Positions 55,671-64,000 of a DNA stretch of 64,000 nucleotides are shown in pieces. The translations under genes were made by a program, and so were the position numbers. The notes under the pieces were generated by a model. That model saw only the letters and a list, made by a program, of their open reading frames with translations, was not told the origin of the DNA and did not search any database. Position 1 is the first letter of the stretch; each line of letters opens with the position of its first letter. Source of the DNA: a virus (lineage: Duplodnaviria > Heunggongvirae > Uroviricota > Caudoviricetes); IMG/VR virus record IMGVR_UViG_3300042923_000186, positions 1 to 64,000 of that record. One strand, 5' to 3'.

Positions 55671-56117
55671 TTAGACAGTCTGAACGATATCGCTGTCGAT
55701 TTCGACTTTGACATCAGCGCCCAGAATGTTATTAACCGTACCGATGTTGGTAATGAAGCTCATCGTCATACCGGTGAAATACATTTTCTTACCGTCTTGC
55801 AGAGTGATGCAGAACGAGTACGAGGTGTCGCTTTCCGACGCAGCTAGCAGCATTGCTTGACCGGCGTCAGACAGGGCTTTAGCTAGCTTCAGTGCCAGAG
55901 CACCGTTGTTGTACGAACCACGGAACTTATAGGTCTTGCGGTCGCCAACTGGGTTGTGAGTTACCAGCGTGTATTCTTTACCTAGCGAGCCGATGTCGGT
56001 AACTTCACCAACTGTCGTAAAGGCCAGCGCCCCGAATCCTGCTGCATCGTACGTGGCAGGCTTAGCTGCCGAAATTTTCAGGCTTGAACCTGCTACTGTT
56101 TGTGCTTGAGTTGCCAT
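55671..56117 (-). CDS. major tail (tube) protein
   Basis: 148 aa; strong terminator after it; followed by G/GT and TMP (siphovirus-type order). Confidence 0.55.
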   Translation of the reverse strand: MATQAQTVAGSSLKISAAKPATYDAAGFGALAFTTVGEVTDIGSLGKEYTLVTHNPVGDRKTYKFRGSYNNGALALKLAKALSDAGQAMLLAASESDTSYSFCITLQDGKKMYFTGMTMSFITNIGTVNNILGADVKVEIDSDIVQTV

Positions 56118-56136
56118 TTATTAGCTTCCTTAGTAA

Positions 56137-56484
56137 TTACTGAATGATGATTGCTACTACGCCGGTTCCGCCCGTAACTGATACGGTGCCTTTAAGGAAA
56201 GCCGCGATGGTATCTAGCCGAACGATGGTAAAATCGTTAGCTGGCACAGGTACTACCAAACCTGCTGCCACGGAGAAGGTTGCCCCGCCCGTATCTGGAA
56301 CTGGAACTGTCGTCCCGCCCGAACCGTCGATGGTGACATTCACTGGAGCGCCAGTTGTGTTGTATAGGATTAGCTCTGCACCGATGTTAGGTACGTATGT
56401 AAGCGTATCTGCGGCGGTGAGTGCTGTTTTTGGAGCATTGAACGGGCCTAGCACGTTCTTGCTTGTGTTTGTAATTACTGCCAT
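56137..56484 (-). CDS. tail/neck structural protein
   Basis: Position in the late operon between head and tail genes. Confidence 0.4.
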   Translation of the reverse strand: MAVITNTSKNVLGPFNAPKTALTAADTLTYVPNIGAELILYNTTGAPVNVTIDGSGGTTVPVPDTGGATFSVAAGLVVPVPANDFTIVRLDTIAAFLKGTVSVTGGTGVVAIIIQ

Positions 56485-56509
56485 TGAGTCCTCTATAAAG
56501 TGGTATTCG

Positions 56510-56914
56510 TTAATGTTCGTAACGATACGAAATGGTCACGGGACGGATTAGCCACCCCGGTACATCGGTTATCAGCCCTCCAATCGAGGGCGTGCTTTCG
56601 ATGCTTACCTCTCCTGTCTTTGGGACAATTGGAAATGCACTCACGACGCTCTGTGCGATGTCGTCTACATCTCCTGTTCCAGACCCGGACGGACCCCAGA
56701 CATTCACCTTGAACACTCCGGTGTCTCGGACACGCAGGCCGTCAACAGTTACGTTTTTCGTTCCTGATGGGCGAATGAAGCACTCGATGAATGGAAGGTC
56801 TTGACCGTCGATGGAAGGCTTTGTGAAGGACACTCCCTCGTATGCCACTGGCACAGACAGGGAGGCTCCCAGAGCCTTAATTCTTGCGTGGAGTTCGTTG
56901 CGTTCTACATTCAT
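56510..56914 (-). CDS. tail terminator/neck protein
   Basis: Position; overlapping start/stop with neighbour. Confidence 0.4.
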   Translation of the reverse strand: MNVERNELHARIKALGASLSVPVAYEGVSFTKPSIDGQDLPFIECFIRPSGTKNVTVDGLRVRDTGVFKVNVWGPSGSGTGDVDDIAQSVVSAFPIVPKTGEVSIESTPSIGGLITDVPGWLIRPVTISYRYEH

Positions 56915-57360
56915 ACTTTGTACTTCCCTTGGACGTATGCCATTGATTTAGAAACCATTGCATACGGGCCTTGACGGCCTGACCAATGCCACCCGTTATC
57001 TCCCTCTCCAGCAGGCCAGCCGAGATGTTCTGCCCGGTAAGCGTAACTGACGTTGTTAGTTAGCGTAACTACGCCGTCTTGTCGGAGGAATGGTTGAGAT
57101 GAAAGGGCTACCTTGATGCGGGAGAGGCTGGAACTTCCGTTGACGTTGGCATCGCTAGATACCATGCCGCTGAAGTCTTCGCCCAAAGATGGATACCACT
57201 GATTTGCTAGTAAGCCACTAGCGAATGGACCGGGATTAGACGGGGATGGTGTGTTGACCACAACAGCCGTCATCAGGTCTTCCGCTACGTTACTTACGCT
57301 GCTAGAGGCTTTCAAGATTGCCTTCTCTACGAAGGCTTCGATGTCAGTTAGAAACGACAT
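56911..57360 (-). CDS. head-tail joining/tail completion protein
   Basis: Position; first gene after the internal consensus promoter. Confidence 0.4.
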   Translation of the reverse strand: MSFLTDIEAFVEKAILKASSSVSNVAEDLMTAVVVNTPSPSNPGPFASGLLANQWYPSLGEDFSGMVSSDANVNGSSSLSRIKVALSSQPFLRQDGVVTLTNNVSYAYRAEHLGWPAGEGDNGWHWSGRQGPYAMVSKSMAYVQGKYKV

Positions 57361-57386
57361 GTCTTGCGGCCTTTCTATGTATGTGA

Positions 57387-57415
57387 ATTATAGCCGAAGG
57401 TCGGCCATTTGTCAA
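57387..57415 (-). promoter_or_regulatory. consensus sigma70 promoter inside the late module (TTGACA-17-TATAAT)
   Basis: Minus strand TTGACAaatggccgaccttcggcTATAAT; RBS gaaagg then ATG at 57360. Confidence 0.6.
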
Positions 57416-57430
57416 TAGCTAGCTAGCTTG

Positions 57431-57814
57431 TTACTGCCGAATGAACAGTTCGTAAAGGATTGCTTTCGTCCCTGTCGGATTCAACTCTTTAAATGACACG
57501 ATGGAATGTGGAACGCCCTTGTAGATAATCTTGTCAATCTCCGGGCGTGGTGTCGGGACATCCGCAGACGGCTGCATAAACGCTTGCTTGTCGCCGTCTT
57601 GGATCATGGTTCCTGTCTTGTTCCCGACGCCTTCGATCTTTTGCATGTAGTCGAGTACGATTACCCTCGCCGGAATCTTCTGCGTAACCTTCGGCGTTTT
57701 ACCGCTGGCGGGGTCATACTCTCCGGTGGAGGTTACGACAAGCTGGCCGTCCCCTCCGAACTGCCTCATCATGTTCATTACTACCCGAATGAACGGGTCT
57801 AGTGTAGAGGCCAT
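57431..57814 (-). CDS. head-tail connector protein
   Basis: Position. Confidence 0.4.
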   Translation of the reverse strand: MASTLDPFIRVVMNMMRQFGGDGQLVVTSTGEYDPASGKTPKVTQKIPARVIVLDYMQKIEGVGNKTGTMIQDGDKQAFMQPSADVPTPRPEIDKIIYKGVPHSIVSFKELNPTGTKAILYELFIRQ

Positions 57815-57824
57815 CTAAACCTCT

Positions 57825-58268
57825 TCAGAAGTAAGACACAGGAATAAAGGATGTAAGCCTCATCTCCTGAGATTGCGTGCCATAGGCGTAGTTTGCGTTC
57901 CAATCCTTCTGAAACTGTACAAGTGGTACTTCCACTTGTCGTCCACATTCGTCCAGCGTAACCGGCGTATAAGGCATCGGTGCCAGACTCCATACGTTTG
58001 GGTTCAAGATCGTAGCCTTTACGAACGCCAAGTAGTTGTCAAACCACTGATTCCCGTACACTTCGATCTGAGCCATCTTCTGGTGCGTCTGTCCCGTCAG
58101 CGAGGCCAAGATGTACTGTGCTACCAGAGTGCATGCCCGAGGCAAATTGCCCTGACAATCTTCTAGCGCGTGTGTGTACACCTCGTCTCCGAAAATAGGA
58201 AGGTCGCTGTAATCACCAACTCGCAAACGCATCTTGCCAATAGGTGTTGTCGGATCAAGAATTGCCAT
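57825..58268 (-). CDS. head completion/connector protein
   Basis: Track ORF trimmed to the internal ATG (MAILDPTT) preceded by RBS gaaaggaacact. The upstream 33 codons overlap a stable hairpin. Confidence 0.4.
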   Translation of the reverse strand: MAILDPTTPIGKMRLRVGDYSDLPIFGDEVYTHALEDCQGNLPRACTLVAQYILASLTGQTHQKMAQIEVYGNQWFDNYLAFVKATILNPNVWSLAPMPYTPVTLDECGRQVEVPLVQFQKDWNANYAYGTQSQEMRLTSFIPVSYF

Positions 58269-58345
58269 AGTGTTCCTTTCAAATTGTTTTCTGCACCTTG
58301 CTAGGGTAACTACCTCAGTCCTACGCCCAAGGCACAGAAAACAAC

Positions 58346-58365
58346 GGCCTCCCCGAAGGGAAGCC
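58346..58365 (-). other. stable UUCG-tetraloop hairpin downstream of the major capsid gene
   Basis: Minus strand ggcuuccc-UUCG-gggaggcc (8-bp stem incl. one G-U) with no U-run. Confidence 0.45.
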
Positions 58366-58382
58366 ATCGTAGTGTCTAACTA

Positions 58383-59420
58383 TTAGTTAGAAGTCGTTGC
58401 TTTGATGACCATCAGCGGCTTCAACAGCGCGTTAACGAAGTTGGATTCCGTTTCGATGGTGTACGCCGTACCATTGGCGTTCATGTTTTCGAAGTAGTAC
58501 ACTTCTTCACCCAGCGTGTTCACCAGACCGAAACGGTTAGCTGGCGAGAAGTACGTCTTGAAGTAGTCCGTACCAGTTGGAACGAAGTAGGCTTCGTTAG
58601 CTGGAATCAGACGTTGACCGGCGTACGAGTCACGCAGTTCGATGAAGCGGATACCACCGTGGAAGAACTCGCGGTGCATCGAGGTGATGCTTCCGCCAGC
58701 AGCCAGACGTTGACGCAGAGGTTCTTGCGTAGACGTGTAGTACTGGTAAGCCTGCTTGATCGTTGCGTGCGAAATCAGCTTCGAGAAGAACTCAGTGCTG
58801 CACAGTGCTACGATGCCAGTGTAGGTGACAGCGCCGGATGCGTCTTGCATCTGAGCGATGGCTTGTTCGATCTTCGCCAGAATGTCGGTCGTGCCGGTTC
58901 CTAGCAGGAAGTCGATAGCTGCTGGGCGTGCTGCACCCGTCATCTCTTGATACCAGTCTTGCGACACGGTGCCGTTAGGTGCGTACACTAGACCTGTCGT
59001 CAGTGCGTAGGCACGGGCGAATTCCAGCGTCCATGCGTGGTTCTGACGGACACGTTGCATCTTGCGAGCACGCACGGCGTCGAACGTCTCGGCTGCATCA
59101 GGGGAGCCATAGGCACGCTTACCTTGGATGTCTTGTGGATAGATCGCATCTTCCAGTGGGAAGTGCGGCACTTGGAACGCGTGCAACTTGCGTTGTGAAC
59201 CTTGGTTCAGGCTCGAACGGTCGCCACGAACGCGGTCAACCAGAATCGCACCATCCTTGATGATTTCTTCGAACGTTACAACGTGCTCTGCTACGCTCTC
59301 TTGGGAGAAGATGCCCAGTTGACCGATGGTGCCCCACTGGTTAGGGATCGTATTTACTTCTTGGGTCCAGTCAACAACGTTAAATTGACCGTTGTTAGCG
59401 AAGTCGCGGGTAATTGCCAT
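58383..59420 (-). CDS. major capsid protein
   Basis: 345 aa following the decoration and scaffold genes in a lambda-like head module. RBS present. Confidence 0.6.
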   Translation of the reverse strand: MAITRDFANNGQFNVVDWTQEVNTIPNQWGTIGQLGIFSQESVAEHVVTFEEIIKDGAILVDRVRGDRSSLNQGSQRKLHAFQVPHFPLEDAIYPQDIQGKRAYGSPDAAETFDAVRARKMQRVRQNHAWTLEFARAYALTTGLVYAPNGTVSQDWYQEMTGAARPAAIDFLLGTGTTDILAKIEQAIAQMQDASGAVTYTGIVALCSTEFFSKLISHATIKQAYQYYTSTQEPLRQRLAAGGSITSMHREFFHGGIRFIELRDSYAGQRLIPANEAYFVPTGTDYFKTYFSPANRFGLVNTLGEEVYYFENMNANGTAYTIETESNFVNALLKPLMVIKATTSN

Positions 59421-59445
59421 GTTATTTATTTCCTTTTATTTCAGA

Positions 59446-59877
59446 TTAGAAGCTGGCTTCGACTAGCAGGCCAATTGCTTTCAGTGCGTCGTATGCTGCT
59501 TGCTTCTGTGGAGCGGTAGCGAACGATGCGTCCAGTTTCAGGGCTTCGCGGGACACGATAACCTTGCCACGGCTAAGAACCAGAACAGGCGTATCGGTAG
59601 CGGCGACAACAGCGGTAGGGACATCAGCGCCCATCTTTCCGTCACCCAGATAGATAGCTGCTGGAACTTGCGAGCCGTCAGCAGCAGCTTGTTTCGACAC
59701 TACGTATTTACCAGTTGCCGTAACCTTGCCTAGAACGGTGCCTAGCGAGTAGGTTACTGGTGCAGCCTCGTTAGCCGTCACAACGTCGGTGTGGAATTCG
59801 AAACGCTCTGGCGTGTCGTTCATTTTTACAAGATCGCTCCAACGAGAGAACTTACCTTCGGTAGCAAAAACTGCCAT
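59446..59877 (-). CDS. head decoration protein (lambda gpD-like)
   Basis: 143 aa, Ala/Thr/Val-rich, between scaffold and capsid genes. Confidence 0.5.
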   Translation of the reverse strand: MAVFATEGKFSRWSDLVKMNDTPERFEFHTDVVTANEAAPVTYSLGTVLGKVTATGKYVVSKQAAADGSQVPAAIYLGDGKMGADVPTAVVAATDTPVLVLSRGKVIVSREALKLDASFATAPQKQAAYDALKAIGLLVEASF

Positions 59878-59906
59878 GTGTATTTCCTTTGTAGTTAAGA
59901 ATTAGC

Positions 59907-60437
59907 TTATTCAGCTTTATTTGTTTTCAGGTAAGCCAAGACGTTCTTCGAGGCCGTTGCCAGCACATCTAGTCCTTCCTTGGATGCTTCCCCTTCAACG
60001 CCGACTTCACGGAAGGTTGGCTGTGCTGCTTCTACGGTGAGCGTAGTCGTCATTGCGGCAACCAGTGTTCCAAAAGCGGTGTCGTCCATCGAAGCTGTAG
60101 CAGCCATCAGGGCATCGGCTTTTTCCGTACCTACTGCTGCGACAAGTTTCTCTTTACGTGCGGTTGCTTTAAGTTCAGCAGCCTCGCGTTCTGCTGCGGC
60201 TTTAAATGCCGTAGCAGCGTCTACCAGAGCGGTAAGCTCCGCGATCTTTGCATTGGCCGAGGCCAGTTCAGTAGTAACGGCTTCTAGCGAAGCTGTCAGG
60301 GTTGCTACTGTATTAGCGCTTGCGTCAACCGTAGCGTCTGGCTTAACATCTTCAATTGTCATCGTTACGTCTTCTTTCTTTGATTCTGCTTCCGCAGGGG
60401 TTGGGCCTCCAAAGAGGCGTTTAAGGGTGTCCTTCAC
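59907..60437 (-). CDS. scaffolding protein
   Basis: Ala/Glu-rich coiled coil immediately after the prohead protease. Confidence 0.55.
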   Translation of the reverse strand: MKDTLKRLFGGPTPAEAESKKEDVTMTIEDVKPDATVDASANTVATLTASLEAVTTELASANAKIAELTALVDAATAFKAAAEREAAELKATARKEKLVAAVGTEKADALMAATASMDDTAFGTLVAAMTTTLTVEAAQPTFREVGVEGEASKEGLDVLATASKNVLAYLKTNKAE

Positions 60438-60445
60438 GAATGCTC

Positions 60446-61276
60446 CTATTTGAATTTTTGAAGGTAATCTGCGAATTCTTCATTCGTCATCACAGAATTA
60501 ATCAGTCCAAGCTCAAGAGCCTTCGGTGCCCGGTAAACAGACGCCTCCGTAGCCTTAATCTCGTCTGTGGACAGTCCAGTGTATTTACTGACGTGAGCAC
60601 AGAATTGACCATATAGTTCGTCCACATTCGCCTGAATGTCAGCTAGGAACCCTTCTCGGAACTCCCCGTCTGCATCGAATGGAATCTTGTTGTCTCCAGC
60701 GGTGATGAACGTACGCGACAGGCCAGCCTTCTCAAGCGCCTTGGAATTGTTCATCAGAGCCACCAGAACGCCGATAGAGCCGATTGTTCCTTGTGGGTGA
60801 GCTACCACCTCATCTGCCATCACGGTAAGGGCGTAGGCCGCTGATGCGGCACAGTCCTGAACGTAGGCAATTACGTACACGTTGTTCTTGTCGGCCATGG
60901 AGCGCATTGCGTCGGCGGTTTGGAAGCAATTGAATGCTTCACCTCCACCTGAGCTAACGTCAAGAACGATTGTCTTGCATCCAGCGTCGATAAGTGCATC
61001 GCACTGATTTAGCAACCCGGCGTAACTTGTACCTGTAGCTCCGCAAAGAGATTCAACAGGTTTATTAGTCAAGCTGCCGTGGATATTAATCAGTCCAATC
61101 TTGCCAGCCTTGCTAGGCTGGTCAAGGTTTTCACTCACTGTATCGACCTGAGCCATCATCCCTGCATTACGCACCGCGAGGTACGATGCAATCTCGTCAA
61201 ATGCATGTGGCGAGATTAGATGTGGCTTGTTGTACAACTCGCTTGTTAGGCGACGTACAGGTCGTTGTGTCTTCAT
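60446..61276 (-). CDS. prohead protease, S49 (SppA/ClpP-fold) family
   Basis: ClpP/crotonase-fold blocks (VLDVSSGGGEAF, GTIGSIGVLVA); directly after portal. Confidence 0.65.
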   Translation of the reverse strand: MKTQRPVRRLTSELYNKPHLISPHAFDEIASYLAVRNAGMMAQVDTVSENLDQPSKAGKIGLINIHGSLTNKPVESLCGATGTSYAGLLNQCDALIDAGCKTIVLDVSSGGGEAFNCFQTADAMRSMADKNNVYVIAYVQDCAASAAYALTVMADEVVAHPQGTIGSIGVLVALMNNSKALEKAGLSRTFITAGDNKIPFDADGEFREGFLADIQANVDELYGQFCAHVSKYTGLSTDEIKATEASVYRAPKALELGLINSVMTNEEFADYLQKFK

Positions 61277-61284
61277 TTATTACC

Positions 61285-62793
61285 TCATGCTGCGTTGTCT
61301 GCGTTGGATGCTGACTTGTCGGTTTTCTTCGACTTGCCCCCGATCTTGGCAGTACCTTCCCCGGTGGTTCCCGGTTCCATTCCTGCACCAGATTTACTTG
61401 ATGCTCCAGTCAGATTCTCTTTGTCTACTTCCTCGTCTTCCGGCTTTAGATCAATTCCCATAACGTCCCGAATCTTGTTCAGAACAGCACGGTCAATCTC
61501 CACTAGGCCTACAGAAGCAACACGTTGAACCAGCTTAGAGAATGCTTCGCTATCCACGTCGGCAATGTCGCCATACTCGAACGTAGGCAGACGATCCTGC
61601 TCCCATCCATTCAGGGCATATACCTGTGCAACCAAGTCTTTATTCAGAACGTTACGAATTTCACTCAGGCGGTGTTCAACAGCCATCGCACAAAGGTTTG
61701 TCTTCGTGTCTTTGATGCTGAACGATCCGGCATCACTTCCGTCTTTCGTAATAACGTCTACAGACAGAGCGACAAAGATGTCATTCTGAAGCTGCTTGAT
61801 AATATCTTGGAGGTCAAACTTGCTACCGCCCTTGGCTTCAAGCAAACTGAATTCGAACAGCTTGCCTTTAGTCTCTGGATCAAACACAGTTGGCATAACG
61901 ATGCCTCGCTGCGTCCCTGCCGCTACGTTGTTCACCAAGTCTTGATAGGCTTTATATACAGCCTTGTTCTCGGGTGAAGCGTCTGGGTCCATGTACTGAG
62001 GTGGAAGCGACACGATAGGGATTGCCGACAAGTCCTTGGCGATACCAAGTAGTTGCTGATCCCGGAGCATGGTTAGTTGTTTGTAAGGCAGATAAACCGA
62101 CTTTAGAATCGATTTCCCTTCCGGGTTGCCTTTCACGCTGTCTACCGAGAAGAGTAGGAACTTATCGCGGGAGATGGTGATTAGACCGTTTTCGTCTTTG
62201 AGGTTGGAGTATCTAGCTCCGTTTTCCATGTTAGCTAGACTCTGGCCTACGCTTTCCAACTGTCTCCCGTCTTGCGAGAAATTCCAGTGGCGAATGGTAT
62301 CTTGACCTCGTGGAGCTAGCTTTCTAATTCCTACTAGCCCGTCATTGAATTTACTGCCGTTTCGCTTTAGCCTGCGACGATATACTTTCTCGTGAATTGC
62401 GAATCCGTACTCAAGGTACGTAGACACTTCCGAGATAAAATCTGACCAATCTCCGTCTTCCAAATCGTACATCATGCTCTCAAGAGCCTTGGCACGTTTC
62501 TTCTCTGTCTCTGTGGCCTTCTCTGGGGGTTTAACGCTCCATTTAGGACGCTTCAGAAGCATTCGGTAGACATTCAACGCTGCACCGATTGTTGGATCGG
62601 TACGCATCTCGCTAACTACCTTGAGGAACTGAGGGAATCTGAACGCACGGTTAGCTTCTTCGATGATGGCTCCGTTGGTCGTTCTCAACCCTACGAAGCC
62701 TTGCTCTTGGAGGCTAATCCTCGGCATTGCTACTCCGGGATCGGCTGCTAGGCCAGCGCCGGTATCAGCCGTAGCTGTCTTCTTAGCTGCCAT
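61285..62793 (-). CDS. portal protein
   Basis: Position after the terminase. Start revised from the track GTG (62829) to ATG at 62793 with RBS AAGGAG at 6-nt spacing. The GTG extension overlaps the promoter -10. Confidence 0.7.
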   Translation of the reverse strand: MAAKKTATADTGAGLAADPGVAMPRISLQEQGFVGLRTTNGAIIEEANRAFRFPQFLKVVSEMRTDPTIGAALNVYRMLLKRPKWSVKPPEKATETEKKRAKALESMMYDLEDGDWSDFISEVSTYLEYGFAIHEKVYRRRLKRNGSKFNDGLVGIRKLAPRGQDTIRHWNFSQDGRQLESVGQSLANMENGARYSNLKDENGLITISRDKFLLFSVDSVKGNPEGKSILKSVYLPYKQLTMLRDQQLLGIAKDLSAIPIVSLPPQYMDPDASPENKAVYKAYQDLVNNVAAGTQRGIVMPTVFDPETKGKLFEFSLLEAKGGSKFDLQDIIKQLQNDIFVALSVDVITKDGSDAGSFSIKDTKTNLCAMAVEHRLSEIRNVLNKDLVAQVYALNGWEQDRLPTFEYGDIADVDSEAFSKLVQRVASVGLVEIDRAVLNKIRDVMGIDLKPEDEEVDKENLTGASSKSGAGMEPGTTGEGTAKIGGKSKKTDKSASNADNAA

Positions 62794-62819
62794 TTGTGCT
62801 CCTTTTTGAATATGTGAGA

Positions 62820-62848
62820 ATAATACCACAGCGCTTGACGTTTGTCAA
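62820..62848 (-). promoter_or_regulatory. sigma70 promoter between terminase and portal (TTGACA-17-TATTAT)
   Basis: Minus strand TTGACAaacgtcaagcgctgtggTATTAT. The -35 lies in the perfect palindrome cttgac-gttt-gtcaag. Confidence 0.55.
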
Positions 62849-62868
62849 GTAGTATGGTAGTAAGCTAG

Positions 62869-64000
62869 TTAGATACGAGGAACCGGATTGGGATTCGTCA
62901 TATCAGGTACGCGGATAGTAGGCATAGTTGTTTGCTTAGCAAGCGTGTTGAACGCATCGCTAGTAGCATCGACCTGATCATCCTTGACATTCCGTGTACC
63001 GTCGAAGTATTCCAGTTCTGTCAAGAAGTCTTCATTCCACGGAGCACGGACCATTGTTACCAGCCCGGCTTCGGCCAGCGTACAGAACGGCAGGAACCTT
63101 TGCATTTTGCTGCTCTGGTTCGTGATAGGAATGCCTCGTACGTGCATGCCAGCCTCCGCAAAGGCCCGGAGGAAGAACTGTGTGGCAGCTTTACCGCCTC
63201 CGTTGTCTCGTGGGATCGTCACTAGCTGCTCAAGTCCGTCTTCGTGCGTAGCGGTGTCGATAATCATCCTCACCACGCCGTCCGTAAGCTTTCTGTCGCG
63301 CTCTACGTGCTCGATGCAGTACATACCCTCACGGGTGCGGCTCATGCGAACTCCGGCTGTCCAGTCAGGGTTAGGGTACGTCTCGCTAGGCACGGAGTGT
63401 GCCAAGTCCCAGCTACGGACACGCTGTGCGGGGTTTGTTGGCGGGAACTCTACGATCTTGATCCATTCACGATTGAAGACGCTGCTGCCTTCTGGAACGG
63501 CTGTCCACGATCCATACAGGAATCGAAGTTGAGATACGCGTGTACCAGACTGAAGGTTGGCGAGGTAGCCCGGATTGTTCTTCAGCAGGACAGGGTTCGA
63601 GTAGACATCCATCGGAATGAACCGGAACGATGTCGGCATGAACGTCAGGCGACCCTTCTTAGGGTCACGGTTCAGACCTTCGCCGTGAAGCTCGAATAGC
63701 TCGTCCTCGGTATCTCCCCAGAGCACCTTACCATTGCGTACGATGAAGTAGCGAACACGGTCCTCTGTGCCCGGCAGCGGAACGCCGTCCTCTGGGTTCA
63801 GGCAATACTCCACGAATGGATACAGCCAGCTATTACGGTTCGGGTTGCATGTGATAGTCATACCCAGCTTGCCTTTGTATCGGGCACCACGGATACGCTC
63901 TTTCAGGGCTAGGATGTCTTCCAGTTGGAATTCAGCCCCTTCGTCAACGATGATATTGGTTGCCTGCCAGCCCTGAACCTCTTGACGATTCGCTGGCATC
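62869..64000 (-). CDS. terminase large subunit (C-terminal nuclease part; N-terminus beyond window)
   Basis: IIVDEGAEF Walker-B-like segment then RNase-H-like nuclease domain. ORF open to the window edge. Confidence 0.75.
   Translation of the reverse strand, partial: MPANRQEVQGWQATNIIVDEGAEFQLEDILALKERIRGARYKGKLGMTITCNPNRNSWLYPFVEYCLNPEDGVPLPGTEDRVRYFIVRNGKVLWGDTEDELFELHGEGLNRDPKKGRLTFMPTSFRFIPMDVYSNPVLLKNNPGYLANLQSGTRVSQLRFLYGSWTAVPEGSSVFNREWIKIVEFPPTNPAQRVRSWDLAHSVPSETYPNPDWTAGVRMSRTREGMYCIEHVERDRKLTDGVVRMIIDTATHEDGLEQLVTIPRDNGGGKAATQFFLRAFAEAGMHVRGIPITNQSSKMQRFLPFCTLAEAGLVTMVRAPWNEDFLTELEYFDGTRNVKDDQVDATSDAFNTLAKQTTMPTIRVPDMTNPNPVPRI

Noticed and set aside
1-64000. CRISPR arrays, integrase/excisionase, repressor-Cro switch, toxin-antitoxin pairs
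   Set aside because: No spacer-repeat arrays. No tyrosine/serine recombinase motifs (R..H..R..Y or resolvase Ser). No attP-like tRNA 3' duplication. The phage therefore appears virulent in this window. Absence is judged by eye only.

Overview
The window reads as most of a virulent tailed-phage genome (about 52-55% GC by eye) with two convergent arms. No integrase, repressor/Cro pair or CRISPR array was seen.

Plus-strand arm (about 820 to 42373): early and middle genes behind at least 13 sigma70-like promoters that share an unusual (G)TAG-rich spacer.
- Replication and repair: T7-like primase-helicase, family A DNA polymerase, UvrD-like helicase, gp6-like 5'-3' exonuclease, SSB with acidic ...DEDVPF tail, ATP-dependent DNA ligase, DraRnl-like RNA ligase.
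- Nucleotide metabolism: ThyX, class I RNR alpha/beta plus glutaredoxin, HD, MazG-like, HAD and calcineurin-like phosphoesterases.
- Likely host-takeover or anti-defence genes: a PRPP-synthetase-like plus NAMPT-like pair (NAD+ salvage or NARP1-type reconstitution), a macro-domain protein, a vWA protein, an Rmf-like ribosome modulation factor homolog, SleB-like and SGNH hydrolases.
- Also three HNH endonucleases (two with AP2 domains), one tRNA-Arg(TCT), several paralog families and many small proteins.

Minus-strand arm (42431 to window end): late module. In transcription order: large terminase (partial), portal, S49 prohead protease, scaffold, decoration protein, major capsid, neck proteins, major tail tube, G/GT tail chaperone with a TTTTTTG -1 frameshift site, 1964-aa tape measure, tail tip protein, tail fiber, tail fiber assembly protein and a lysis cassette (GH24 endolysin flanked by membrane proteins).

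The arms converge at a bidirectional terminator (42376-42412). The left about 820 bp is a repeat-rich non-coding control region.

All calls rest on motif reading of the six-frame translations and the DNA by eye. No database search was possible.
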